Positions 1 through 12,409 of a stretch of DNA of 64,000 nt are shown here, one piece after another; position 1 is the stretch's first letter; the number at the start of each line of letters is the position of its first letter. This DNA is from Octopus bimaculoides (Eukaryota): contig NC_068985.1 of the NCBI RefSeq assembly GCF_001194135.2, positions 33,388,254 through 33,452,253 on the forward strand, written 5' to 3'. The notes beneath the pieces were generated by a model. It did no database searches and was not told where the DNA came from. It saw nothing but the letters and a program-made list of their open reading frames with translations. Position numbers and translations under genes: made by a program.

Positions 1-174
1 TAGATTTTTTGCCTTGCTTTTTTTAAACAGAAGACAAAAATTTTTTTAAATGAATAAACTTATGGATATGTACACACACACACACACACATATATATGCA
101 TGTGTGTGTGTGTGTGTGTGCATGTGTCTGTATGTATATAAAAATGTTTTACATACAGATATATAATTTTTTAT

Positions 175-356
175 ATGGGCACAAGGTTAAAATTTGAGTA
201 GGATGAGTCAGTTAAATCTACTCCAATACTTGACTGGAGTATTTTATTTGGCTGTTCCAAAAGGATGAAAGGCAAAGGTGATCTTAGCAGAAGTAGAAAT
301 TAGAACATAATGTGTAGCTAAATACGGCTTAACTAATTATGCCAATCCACCAGCCT

Positions 357-390
<34 letters not shown>

Positions 391-519
391 GTTTCAAATT
401 TTGCCACAAGGGCAGCAATTTGGGGGGAGGGGATGAGCTGATTACATTGACTCCAGTGTTCAACTGGTACTTATTTTATCGACCCCCAAAAAGATGAACG
501 GTGAAGTCAACCTCGGTGA

Positions 520-567
<48 letters not shown>

Positions 568-1095
568 CCTTTCTAATAAAGGCACAAGGCCTAAAATTTT
601 GGGGGAGAGGACTAGTCAGTTACATTGACCCCAATGTTTCACTGGTACTTAATTTATTGACTCCGAAAGGATGAAAGGCAAAGTTGACCTTGGCAGAATG
701 TGAACTCAGAATGTAGTGACATGCAAAATAGCACTAAGCGTGTTAATGATTCTGCCAGCTTACCACCTTCGTAATAATAATATTTTTTAATTATGCGCCC
801 TTTTAAAGCCTAACCAGGCTCATGGGCACGGTTTCCCGGTTTCTATGGCGTATGTCTCCTCCCCCAACTGGACGGGACGCCAGTCCATCACAGCCTTACT
901 CAAGAAACAAGAAGAAAGGGTGAGAGAAAGTTGGGGCGAAAGAATACAAGAGGGGTCACCACCACCCTCTGCCAGAGCCTGGTGGAGCTTTAGGTGTTTT
1001 CGTTCAATAAACACACACAACGCCTGGTCTGGGAATTGAAACCGCGGTCCTCCGACCGTGAGTCCACTGCCCTAACCACTGGGTCATTGTGCCTC

Positions 1096-1145
<50 letters not shown>

Positions 1146-1838
1146 TAATAATAATAATCCTTTCTACAATAGGCACAAGACCTGAAATTTTGGGGGAGGG
1201 GACTAATCAATTACATTGACCCCAGTGTTTCACTGGTACTTAATTTCTTGACCCTGAAAGAACTTGGCAGAATTTGAACTCCGAACATAAGAGTGGATGA
1301 AATGCTGCCAAGTATTTCACCTGGTGTGCTAGTGATTCTGCCAGCTTGCCAATAATATTCTTTTGCTATAGGCACAAGGCCTGGAATTTTAGGAGAGGGG
1401 ACTAGTCGATTACATCAACCCCTGTACTTGACTGTATTTAATTTATCAAGCCCAAAAGGATGGAAGGTAAAGTCATCCTTGGCAGAATTTGAACTCAGAA
1501 TGTGAAGACAGAGGAAATGCCATCCCGGTGTGGTAACAATTCTGCCAGCTCAGTGCCTTAACAACAACAACGACGACGACGACGACAACAACAACAACAA
1601 CAACAAGAAGAAAAAGAAGAAGAGTAGTAATAATAATAAGACCTGGAATTTTTGGGGAAGATAATTGATTACATCAACCCCAGTGTTTGTCTGATACTTA
1701 CTCCAGTGACTCTAAAGAAATGAAAGGCTAAATCAACTTTAGTGGAATTTGAATTCAGAACGTAAAGACAGATGAAATGCTGCTAAGCATTTTATCTTTT
1801 TATCTGTTGTAAGAACAAGTCAGCCAGCTCACCATCTC

Positions 1839-1840
<2 letters not shown>
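175..1840 (-). mobile_element. Head-to-tail array of about 6 copies of a tRNA-headed SINE (Meta-domain-like core) separated by (AAT)n or (AAC)n tails
   Basis: Repeated units on minus read ggcgagctggcagaatcgttagca...ctgagttcaaattc...ttgcctttcatcctttcggggtcgataaat(t)aagtaccag...ggccttgtgcctatagtagaaagg(att)n. Approximate units: 175-357, 389-521, 568-770, 1159-1351, 1358-1558, 1640-1838. The Meta-domain label is from memory of the core motif. Confidence 0.85.
790..1099 (-). mobile_element. tRNA-derived SINE (head type A, tail type Y), CpG-rich young copy
   Basis: Minus strand has A-box-like TGACCCAGTGGTT and B-box-like GGTTTCAATTCC. The 5' ~200 bp match the SINE at 17044. The tail reads gatggactggcgtcccgtccag...gaaaccggg...aaaagggcgc. 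Confidence 0.8.
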
Positions 1841-1883
<43 letters not shown>

Positions 1884-1884
<1 letters not shown>

Positions 1885-2502
1885 GAAAGTCTTGCACAGA
1901 AAGAGTACAAGCGTAGACATGACAAGGTAGCCCAAAACCTCCACTGGCTACTATACCGTAAGTATGGATATGAGGTTATAGGTGCTTGGTACCAACATAC
2001 ACTGGAAAAGGTAATGGATGAAAAGGGAAAGGCAAAAATCTTCTGGGACTTTAACTTCTAGTCAGACAAGGTGTTAGAGCACTGAAGGCCGGTTACAGCA
2101 ACCTTTAGGAGGGACAAACAAGAGTGCCTAATAATTGAAGTGGCAGTGCCAGGAGATCAACATATCATGATGTAAGAAAGAGAAAAGGTTGATAAATATA
2201 GTGACCTGAGAATTGAGATTGCAAAGATGTGGCAGCTACAAGAGTCAAACATAAAGGTTATCCCTATTGTCATCGGAGCATTGGGTTCAATACCACCCAA
2301 TCTGAAAAAACATCTGAAAACCTTAGAAATACCTTACATTCTAGATGTATTGCAAAAGTCGGCATTACTTGGAACTGCATGCATATTGTGTAATGTACTG
2401 TCTGTCTAAGGTCCTTGTTGTGACTTGACAAACAGTATAAACCCCTGGCAGACACTATATCTTCAATCAACAACCTCACGATATTGTATACTGTGCGACA
2501 TT

Positions 2503-2503
<1 letters not shown>
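1884..2503 (+). mobile_element. 5'-truncated R4/Dong-clade non-LTR retrotransposon (restriction-like endonuclease end) embedded in (TAA)n
   Basis: Degenerate translation EYKRRHDKVAQNLHW...IFWDF...CLIIEVAVPGD...EKVDKYSDLRIEIAKMW...IPIVIGALG...LQKSALLGTACIL. Flanked on both sides by (AAT)n. Confidence 0.85.
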
Positions 2504-2542
<39 letters not shown>

Positions 2543-2544
2543 GT

Positions 2545-2665
2545 CCTTTCTACTATAGGCACAAAGCTTGAAATTTGTGGGCAAGGGGATAGTTGATTAC
2601 ATCGATCCTTGTTCTCAATAGGTATTTATTTTATTGATCCCAAAAGGATGAAAGGTAAAGTCAAC
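2545..2665 (-). mobile_element. Truncated copy of the Meta-like SINE
   Basis: cctttctactataggcacaaag...gattacatcgatcc...ggatgaaaggtaaagtcaac. Confidence 0.75.
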
Positions 2666-2699
2666 AATAATTTATGAAGATTGATACAACTCTTCAGGA

Positions 2700-4560
2700 A
2701 GGTAAACACATAATTAGAAGAGGATGATGTGATTTGTAGTAAAACACAGATTGACATTATTTATGGATCTGAACAATATTTGAACAGTTTGTCTATCTTC
2801 TTCATGTTCAAAATGAGACAAGACTAATGGAAATTGAAAAAATAAATTTCTATTGGACTATCCTGTGTTCCTTCCTAGAAAAAAAGACGTCATCAACTTT
2901 TGCTTGTTTGTAACTGGTTAAAACAAGGAGTAAAAGAGAATAAAGAAAATAGTAAAAGAAAAACAAAAGAAGGAAGAGAATACTTAAAGTTTTTAATATA
3001 TACAAAAAGAATACAAAAAGTTTTTAATATATCTGATGAAACTCTCCTGTCATTTTATTCATCTTTCAAGGGTGCGACATTAGTAACTCACAAATATATT
3101 TATCCTCATGAATTTTGAAAAGTGAGACTTCAGTGGAGTCAGAATATTTTCTGAGAATGCATATTTTCAGATGTTTGCAAGAGTTACAATTGTTTGATGT
3201 GAAATACTCAGCAAGTTCTGACAAAGTAGTATTATTGTGCCTGACATCATACCTATGCCCACTAAATCTTTTGTTTAATTTTTCTCTTGCATAACCAACA
3301 TAGATCCAGTTGTGTTTGATGCATTCAGCTGCACACACTAAATGGGAATTATTACAGGTCCCATTTCCTGTATAATTCATAACATTTCTCTTAGAATTTG
3401 TGATGATGTTGACCTGACTCATGCTGTTGTATAATGAAAAGGGCTTAACTCTTTTGTGACTATTTTTAGGGGCACAGCATTCAGAAACTCTAATGGGGTT
3501 TTAATTATGATTAGAGGTACTAGTTAGTATTTGTTTTGTATTTTTCCTACATCTAAAGGCTGCAATAGGTGGATAAGTAAGTATTTCTTTGAAATGAGGA
3601 TATTTTTGTGAAATATGTTGATAACTGTCATGCAACACTTTCGAAACATCAGTAAAATTTCAGCGTCAATTATTAACTAAAGGATTTCAGTCAGAAATTT
3701 TACTTCGACTGGTATAATTAGGCATGAAAGTTTGACTGTCATGATTAATTTTAGCTATGTCATTTGTGAATTCCTTCAGTTGTGGTTCACTATAAATGCA
3801 TTTCATATAATGGATCTCAACATCATTTGCATGTTTTCAATAACTTCCTATGTCAGTACAAATCTATTTTATTTTCAAAAGCTGAGACTTTGGATTTGAC
3901 TTAATTGTATGGTGTGGATGATTGGAGTGGCAGTGGTGTGGGTTTGCAAAATAACTCTGTCAGGCATGAAAACTTAACTTTTGGGTCCACAATGTAAATG
4001 CTAGCTTTTGAAAAACTGGATGAGAATTTTATGCTGGACTTAGAACCATAGTTTTGTGTAAAGCTGTCATAGAAATGCAAAATTTTAACAAGGTTATCCT
4101 GCATTCCTTTCCAGATAAAAAAAAGGACATCATCAACGAACCAGTGTATTAGCCTCTAGTAAGTGTAGCTGAAATATTTTGTCATGAAGATGTTAGCAAA
4201 ATTAACTGCCATGCTATTTTTGAAATTACCAGTTTGAGTGTTTGGGATATTTTTTATGCAGTGGGATAATATTCACAATGGGTTTGGCCAACAACTGTTT
4301 ATATCCTACATTTAGCAGTATCTGTTTTACAAAAATTTACAATTCATGCACTCACACAGGCACTAGGTGCATGCAAAATGGTTTTGACACTTTGTATGCA
4401 TCTGGGACCAGTCTAGTTGATGAGATTTTCATGCCTGTAAAGTTTATCTCAAACTGGTACTACCCCACCAGCAGCATTACTAGGTCAGGGATTTCTAGAA
4501 GTTATCTATAGTCACAAGGCCAAAAGTTCTCTGGGACAGATGCTCGGAGATTTTCTGAGG
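2700..4560 (-). pseudogene. Decayed Penelope-like element (RT plus GIY-YIG endonuclease), with extra partial copies on both sides
   Basis: Minus-strand translation: SMAVNFANIFM...WFVDDV(L)FFIWKG...IKFS...ELFCKPT; KSQLLKIK*ICT; PPIAAFRCRKNTKQIL; GTCNNSHLVCAAECIKHNWIYVGYAREKLNKRFSGHRYD...EDKYICEL (ORF 3066-3422). A second VDDVFF segment lies near 2820-2900. The 4260-4560 extension is weak. Confidence 0.85.
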
Positions 4561-5084
4561 ATATTGTTACTCTTCCCCATTACTGGTATTCTAAAAAATA
4601 GTAATGTGAAAATTCCACAAACCACATCATCCATCATATAGAGAACTGTGAGTACCTGAAAACATCCCTGGTGCCAGGCACCCAGTTTGAATTTTCATTT
4701 GACCTAGGATTGTAGTTTCATTAAAGAGATGAGCTGTAGAAAAATGTGCCCAAGAAAGCCCAACCAAACAGCTCACCAAATGAGAAACCTTGTGGATAGC
4801 CCAAGCTCTGTGTATGGTTGTTGACTTGCCTGGATTATCATGTGCCTCTGACATATTCCTCTAGCATGATGTCAGCCACTTCAACTCCTATGGTTTCTAA
4901 CATCATAACAGGGACATTTTGTGCATATACAAACTTAGCTCTTCCACAAACCCAGTTAAAGTGAGATTCTCTTCAACACATTTAGTTTTTGAAACAATTG
5001 ATAGTCAGTGCATACAAATGATAAGAGAGAACATTCTAGACAGAGTGACTGTATGGTTTGAAATTATTCCAACTCAAATATTTA

Positions 5085-5685
5085 CTCTGACAGAGATCTT
5101 TGGAGATATGCTGTGCTTGAGAAGACCTGGCAAGCCAAGTGAGACCGTAACTGTGGCCTATGCCAGTGCAGCATAACCGGCCAATTTAAGAGAACCCTTC
5201 AATCATTGGGCAATAAACTGCAATTGTGAAGACCTGTTGAGTTAAGTGAAGTCATTGTCATGGCCCATGGCAGTGTCACCTGATTGGCACCCGTGCTGGT
5301 GGCACATAAAAGGCACCATTTGAGTATGGTCAACGCCAGTGCTGCCTGACTGGTCCCATGCTGGTGGCACATAAAAGGCACCGTTTGAACATGATTGTTG
5401 CCAGTGCCGCCTGACTGGCTCCTGTGCTGGCAACACATAAAAAGCACCATTCAAGTGTGGTCGATGCCAGTACCGCCTGACTGACCCTCATGCTAGTGGC
5501 ACATAAAAAGCACCCACTACACTCTTGGAGTGGTTGGCATTAGGAAGGGCATCCAGCTGTAGAAACTTTGCTAGATTAGATTGGAGCCTGGTGCAGCCTT
5601 CTGGCTTGCTGGCCCTCAGTCCAACCGTCCAACCCATGCCAGTATGGAAAGCAGATGTTAAACGAGGATGATGATGATGATAACC
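5085..5685 (+). mobile_element. Solo RTE 3' tail with 66-bp tandem repeats and terminal (GAT)n
   Basis: Matches the 3' ends of the RTE copies at 45.5-46.3 kb and 62.9-63.6 kb (gatctttggagatatgctgtgcttgagaagacc...ggagtggttggcattaggaagggcatccagctgtagaaac...gttaaacga(tga)n). Confidence 0.85.
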
Positions 5686-5779
5686 ATTGAGCAGATGCCT
5701 CTGAACACTGAAGCAATCAAATCCCTGAAATGGGACTGAAACCGACTACTTTAAGTCACCTCCTAACTGGTGATGATTA

Positions 5780-7100
5780 ACTCTAACAAAGGTTTTTGAT
5801 TAGTTCAAATTCATCAGAATTCTACCAAGTCGAACTTGTAACCCATCCTGTCTATAATGTATTGCATGAGGTTGAGGTTGCCACAGGTAGATTTGCTTAA
5901 GATTGTGCAGGTCGGCACTTAATTCACTAATCTATCAGTAACAGTCACTAACCTCTTTGCTAACACCTTGGTCAAAATTTGAAATTCTGCATTCAGAAAC
6001 TATCAATAATATACGCACAATTCAAGTACTTCTTCAACAAAACTACTATTCCATGGTTCAGTTAACTAGAAATTCTCCTGTTCTGCTACTAATTGCAGTA
6101 GGTATCTGCCAAGAGATAGTAAACAAATCGGGCACATATACATAAATTTCATTAGAAAGACCATCTAAACCAGGCAATTTACCCCTTGTGCAGCCATTTG
6201 CATCCTAGTTGCTGTTACAGAATTCCACATCTTCTTTGAAGGCTACAAAAGGCTATCAAAGTCGGTAGTAAAGTCAACTACTAACTCCAGTTCACTGTTC
6301 ATCCTGAACAGTTGAACAAGGTGTCACTGGAAAGTCACACAAAGCTTCTTGGAATCAAATATTACACACCAATTCAAGTCCATTAAAGACTGGATTGTAG
6401 CTTTGTTGCAACATCACATCTCTGTCACCTAGCATTCATTCATTCCTTCATGGCTAAAAGTATGTACCTTAACTCTTTACTAAACCTTACTAATCTAGTA
6501 TTTGAAGCCCTGTCTAGGAGTTCTGTCTTGGTTTATCGTGCAAACAACAAATCTGTGATCTGTGCAGCTATCCACTTTAAGTTGTACACACCCTACACTA
6601 TCCCTATCTGCCAACCTAACCTATCTAGATATGATTTGGATGACCTGATGTAATTGCTCCATGGCACCTTTTGAAAAATCTAGTTGTACCCTCTCCTATC
6701 AGCCAATCTTATACAATCCTTGTATGCATCTAAAATGCCATTCTAGTTTCTCACTAAAGAGCAGGACATTCCCAGGAAAGCTTTCAGACATCTGAAGAAG
6801 TTTGGTAGTCCTGTTACTATTATCTTTGCTGCAGCTTGTGTCCAGCACTATCAACTTACTTTCCAAGCCTAAGAGGCTCACCCACACCTTGAAATCCAAA
6901 CTTTACTGAAACAACACTACCACTCCACCTTCTGATCCTGGCTAAGAGATGCATACACTTTGTAGTTATTGAAGTTGGGTGCAAATGCATTGATGTCAGA
7001 AATCTTGATCTTGTTGATGTCTATTATATCTATCTAGTGATTTGAGATCATTAAACAAATGACATTTCCTCTAAGCTGAACTAAGACCACTTACATTTAT
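5780..7100 (-). pseudogene. Decayed L1/Tx1-type LINE ORF2 (APE end plus RT start)
   Basis: Minus-strand KSYLDR (APE), KLPGLDGL.NEIY..VPDLF, and LNAEFQILTKVLAKRLVTVTDRLV...NLNLMQYIID, with many stops and frameshifts. Confidence 0.7.
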
Positions 7101-7385
7101 GTATCCTTCTGTGAGTATTGTCATATTAGCCAGGAAAAAGTAAGTGAAAGAGGTTATTTGGAAAGATCATTTGAAGAGGTCTTGTTGAAGGATGCTTAAT
7201 CACATATTCATTGTGAATCATGGTCTTTTTAATCTTATGTTCTGGCAAAACATCAAAATATCCTATGTGTCCTTTAGATGTCTGATGATGTTTCCAGTAG
7301 CTGTCTGTTGGTGTTTTCTGTTTACGTTTTTTTTTGTTTTTTTTTGTGATATGTATTCCATCATCTTAAAATTGTTTCTGTATAA

Positions 7386-7600
7386 GGTGGCGAGCTGGCA
7401 GAATCGTTAGCATCCAGGCAAAATGCTTAGAGGCATTTTGTCTGTCACGACATTCTGAGTTCAAATTCCACTGATGCTGACTTTGCCTTTTATCTTTCAG
7501 GGTCGATAAAATAAGTACCAGTTGAACACTGGGGTTGAAGTAATCAACTTACCCTGTCCCCTGAAATGGCTGGCCTTGTGCTAAAATTTGAAACTAATAT
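7386..7600 (+). mobile_element. Near full-length Meta-like SINE
   Basis: ggtggcgagctggcagaatcgttagc...ctgagttcaaattcc...gggtcgataaaataagtaccag...ggccttgtgctaaaatttgaaac. Confidence 0.85.
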
Positions 7601-7966
7601 TGTTTCGGTCTACAACAGTGAGATTAATATAGTTTATTATTTGCATGTTACTGTTGTTGCTGTCGTTTCTTTTTCTGTGGTTGTATTTCTTTGCTTTCCT
7701 GTTGCAATTGTTAGTGTGGAAGAAACTTTGGCTGCTTTTGCTGTGGCTGTGGTTCTGGAAGTGATGATGTGAAAGGGTAGAAGGGTGAAGAGAATTCTGT
7801 CATTGAATCTCCCAGCTTTCTGCTTGGGGCAATCTTCAATTTATTTATTTTTTTTACTTTTCTTTTTTTTTTCTGGATCGGACAATTTTGAGGTGGCAGA
7901 GAAGAAAAGTATATCTGCATGTCTACACATGTATGTTTGAATTTTGTTGGGAGGGAGGACAAACTA

Positions 7967-8088
7967 CAGGGTGTCCACAAGGTCTGGGTACATGGAGTAA
8001 ATAAAATCATAACATAAACAGTTAAATATAAGAAATAATAATTTCTTAATGTGTTAATCCCATGTACCCAGACTTTGTGGACACCCTG
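7967..8088. mobile_element. 122-bp Tc1/mariner-type MITE
   Basis: 29-bp TIRs CAGGGTGTCCACAA(G/A)GTCTGGGTACATGG with 1 mismatch. TA target duplication at 7965-66 and 8089-90. Confidence 0.9.
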
Positions 8089-8687
8089 TAGAGACTTCTG
8101 GTGGGGATGGTGTATGATGGCATGTTCTATCATTATTACTGTTGTCTGTGGTGATGTGATACTTCTTTTACTGCTACTGTTATTCATGCAGTTGTTCTTT
8201 TTGTTGTTGTTGCAGTTGTTGTGGTTGAAGCATTTTTTATGTTGTTGCTGTTGCTGCTTTGTCATTTTTATTGCTTGTTTTGTCATTTCTGCTGCTGCTT
8301 TTATTATCATAGTTGCTACTGATGCTGTTGCATGCTATTGGTTTTTGCTGTTATACTTATGGCATTGGCAGCAATTGGAAGTGCCTTTCTTTCAACATTT
8401 GTTATGAGCAAAAGTTCTTTGGCACCACCATATATGCGACATTTTGCTTGTCTGCCCTCTACCACTATAAACAACTGAGTGCTATTTGGCAGCTCAGTCA
8501 GGTCAAAGATGACTTGGAGCCTCTCTTGATTTGGTTATCAGATAGCCTCCACCAGTCACCAAATATATATATATGTCATTATATCTACAACCTCACCTTC
8601 ACCACACACCTGTCCATACATAATGAGAAGAAGATGAATTCCTTATTTTACTTGGGTATGTAGAGTGTTTCTGCACTTCAGTTTTAG

Positions 8688-8840
8688 AAATGAATCTGAC
8701 CACCATCATGCCATGCTACCTGTTGTGAATGATGAAGGATGTTTGTCTCCACATGAGCTGCAGAAACCGTTCTACTTGCCCTTTTGGTTTGGTCTTTCTG
8801 TAAATCTTGTTTGTTTGATGATGACATTAAGTATGCAAAG
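8688..8840 (+). CDS. Candidate internal coding exon (153 nt, phase 2-2), product unknown
   Basis: Acceptor tttctgcacttcagttttAG, donor AAG|GTAACT. One open frame: NESDHHHAMLPVVNDEGCLSPHELQKPFYLPFWFGLSVNLVCLMMTLSMQ. No partner exon or homology recognised, so it may be chance. Confidence 0.25.
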
Positions 8841-9707
8841 GTAACTTTTTGCTCTTTAATTCAGACAAATATTCTAGCTTCTTTTACTTGTTTACTCAGA
8901 AGTATGAGTCTTTCTGTGATGTGAGCTGCATTGGCAAATGACCCAGATTTTGCAGCTGCTTTTTGTTGTAAGAAATTTCCTTTAACTTAAGGTGAATAAA
9001 AAAGTTAATAAGGAAGATTTTTTGCATGTGAGTGAAGAAACAAAATCTAAATTCAAACTAATATCAAACTGATTATTCTACTATTATTTATAAGTCTGAA
9101 ACAAAAAATAGAAATATTTCTTTTAAATGGTCATTTTCTTTATATTTGAAAATGCAAAATGCATTGTAACTTATGGTATATTCTCTCAACATAACATTTA
9201 GCCTTCACCCTTATCAAATTTATTCAAATCAGGAGTAGACCCATCTCTCTCATGCAGTTATTGTCTCTTCTTTGAAATTGACATGACTTGGATCAAGCCT
9301 TGTGTTTTGAGTTTTCAAAATCAAATGATTAAATGCCAAGTTTGCATTGAGAATATTATCTGATCCAAATGTTTTATAAAAAAAACTTATATGACTGGCA
9401 CATAAGACATGTATTTATATCAAAGGTTTGATCAAGCAACTTGTTTTCAGAGAAGACTCAAAAATTCATACATTTTCATTATTGCCTCCTCCTCNNNNNN
9501 NNNNNNNNNNNNNNNNNNNNNNNNNNNNNNNNNNNNNNNNNNNNNNNNNNNNNNNNNNNNNNNNNNNNNNNNNNNNNNNNNNNNNNNNNNNNNNNNNNNN
9601 NNNNNNNNNNNNNNNNNNNNNNNNNNNNNNNNNNNNNNNNNNNNNNNNNNNNNNNNNNNNNNNNNNNNNNNNNNNNNNNNNNNNNNNNNNNNNNNNNNNN
9701 NNNNNNN

Positions 9708-9797
<90 letters not shown>

Positions 9798-10271
9798 ACA
9801 ACACTGCTTCTTCGCCCCTCCTCATCAGCCACACCTTCCAGCAACTGCTGGTTATGCTTTATTGCCAAATAACAGCTCTCTTCTTACATATACTTCCACT
9901 ACCTCAAATAAAATGCCATTCTTATCAGAAGAGAGAAAAAAATAAACATGAACTGCTGTTTCCAACAGAGGCAGTAGTTCTTGAAATGTATTCCATCTCT
10001 TCTAATCCTAAACCACTATTAGACAGATTGACAGATTCTTTTCCAGTAATAGTTATGTCATCTAGATGGTAGAATGCAAATTTTCCTGGATGCTTCAGAA
10101 GTATCTTACCATTTGATATTAACCTCTAATCCTTTATTGCTTGTTTTTGCTGTTGGTACAACTGTGCTTGACAAACCTAGTTAGTAAGAGAGTAATTAAT
10201 CAAACAAGGCATTTAAACCTGTATTCCAGCCATAACTATCATCATCTACCATAAGATATTTAAATTACATA

Positions 10272-11205
10272 TCAGGTCATCCCATAAGTTCTGTCCGAAT
10301 TTTGAACAAAGAAAACAAGTGACCAAATGTAATATTTAATTGAAATTTAATCACCAATGTACTTTCCCTGATTATCTATGACTTCCTTCCTTCTATTTAC
10401 AAGCTTTTTAATCCCATCAATGTAAAACTCTTTTGGTTTCAAAGCGAAGAACTCTGAAATGTTAGTTTCAACCTCCTCCTGGCTTGCGAAAGTTATATCC
10501 CCCAAATGATTCTGTAAACTACGAAACAAATGGTAGTCTGAAGGAGCAAGGTCGGGAGAATAAGGTCGATGGGGAATTTTTTCCCTACCAAGTTTTTCAA
10601 TCTTCTGTGATGTGATCTTTGCAGTGTGGGGTCATGCATTGTCCTGATGAAACATCACACTTTTTCAATTCACTAAAGCGGTTCTTTTTTTCTTCAAAGC
10701 TTGGTTCAAACGCTCTATTTGCTGACAGTAGACTTGAGCATTGATTGTTGCGTTAGGTTGTAACAATTCAAAGTGAATTACTCCTTTGCAATCCCACCAG
10801 AAAGAGAGAAGGACCTTTTTCCCATTAAGTTCCCTTCTCGGTTGTGGTTCAGCTTTTTCCCTTTTATAAAGCTACTGTTTACAACGTTTAACATTTTGAT
10901 AAAAGATCCATTTTTCGTCACCAGTCACAAATCTATCCAAAAAGGGTGAAATGAGTTCATGAGAATAGAGAAGAGCAGATGTCAACTCGGGATTTATGGT
11001 TGCTTTCGGACAATTCACGAGGCACCCATTTTCCAAGTTTAGGAACCTTTCCAAGTTGTTGAAGATGATGATGAACAGTTGTATGGTTTGAACTAAGCTT
11101 TATTGCCAATTCTTCAACTGATAATGCAGAATTTTCTTCAAGTAATGCCTCAAGGAGCTTATCATCAAACTCAACTGGACGTCCTGTTCGGTCTTCATCA
11201 TCAAG
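10272..11205 (-). mobile_element. 5'-truncated mariner (D34D) transposon, decayed
   Basis: EDRTGRP...ELAIKL...LGKWVPRELSE; FVTGDEKW; HQDNA*PH...YSPDLAPSDYHLFRSLQNHL with 34 residues between the last two Asp. Probable TIR after TA at 10270-71. Confidence 0.9.
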
Positions 11206-12409
11206 GAGGAGGAGGAGAGGGAAGGGGTGGCACCTATAAACCGTGTAGGTCCTTCCCATCTGGGGAAATCAATGTGTTCAATCTTGAAGCTCTTTTGATT
11301 GATGCACATAAGGGGTGATGGAAAGCAAAGAGAGAATTTGAAAGGACTCTAGTTGTAGGAGAAGAATTGAATGAGAAGAATTGAGTACCAGGTTTAGGAG
11401 AGGATATTGAGGCACAGCACACAGTAGGGATAACAATAGAAAGTATGGAAGGATTTTGAGTGAAAGTGGAATGCAACTCTCTCATTCAGAGAAGAAGATA
11501 CTGTTGCAGAAAAGGCACAGAAGAAACAGCACATTTGCGGACTAGTGAGTGTAGAATGTTGGTAAGTAAATGTTTGCCAATCAGCTGGATGGTTGTCTTA
11601 GGATGTTAATGTGCATGTGGTAACAACATTGTTCTGTGTAAGTGAGCAGTAAAAAAACTAGTCTAAACGTCTTGTCCTTGACCTATTTTGGCATTTTATA
11701 GTTGATTACATGTCTTATCATTACACCAAAAAAAAAGAAAAAAAGACAAAATGAGGGGGACATTATGTTGCTGGTTTATTTCCTCTCATGTGTTTAGTAT
11801 TATGAAGCTATACGATTATGGAGATTATAAATATCAATAAATACCACCAGACACATTTACATTAAATATTAAAAAATAATTTCAGTGAAGCTCCATAGAT
11901 ATTGCTTAAGGATAATTCTACACGGAACTGAATAAGAAAAATTAAAAAGTGAAGGAGCAAAAATTAGTTTGTCAAATAGTTAATTGTATAAAGAGCTATA
12001 TTGCAAATTAGTTTTCTTTTAATTTATTTTCCCCAGTGTTCTATCAGACAATCAATCAAGTAAACAACTGATGATGCAGTTACTCAGTCAATCATTCAAT
12101 GATTGTTTTGCAAGCACTGAAAGATTTTTTATTTTTTATCAAAATTAAAGGAAGAATATAAAGATATCAGACAGAAGTATTTTGACAAACTGGACTATGG
12201 CAATCATCTGCTGCCACTAAGAGGAAATTATTATTGATTTCTTTTGTAAACAGAAGGGTTTCAGAACTTTTTAGGTGATGTAGTAATGTTTAAGTATTTT
12301 TGTTGTTACTGCTTAGCCCCAGGTTAACTTTGATGAAGTAAACCTATGAGTTGAGGAGTTCTGATTTTATCTAATTTTCAGGTAAAGTGTATCTAAGAAT
12401 GAATTATAA

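Noticed and set aside
7620-8400. Gln/Thr-rich ORFs (7711-8310 minus, 8051-8407 plus)
   Set aside because: Degenerate CAA/CAG simple sequence interrupted by a MITE, with stops in the plausible frame and no splice support.
9479-9868. Poly-Asp acidic ORF on the minus strand
   Set aside because: Mostly (ATC)n plus a gap, with a stop just upstream and no usable acceptor.
11205-11560. Possible LINE fragment truncating the mariner element
   Set aside because: No diagnostic motif could be read, so it is left unassigned.
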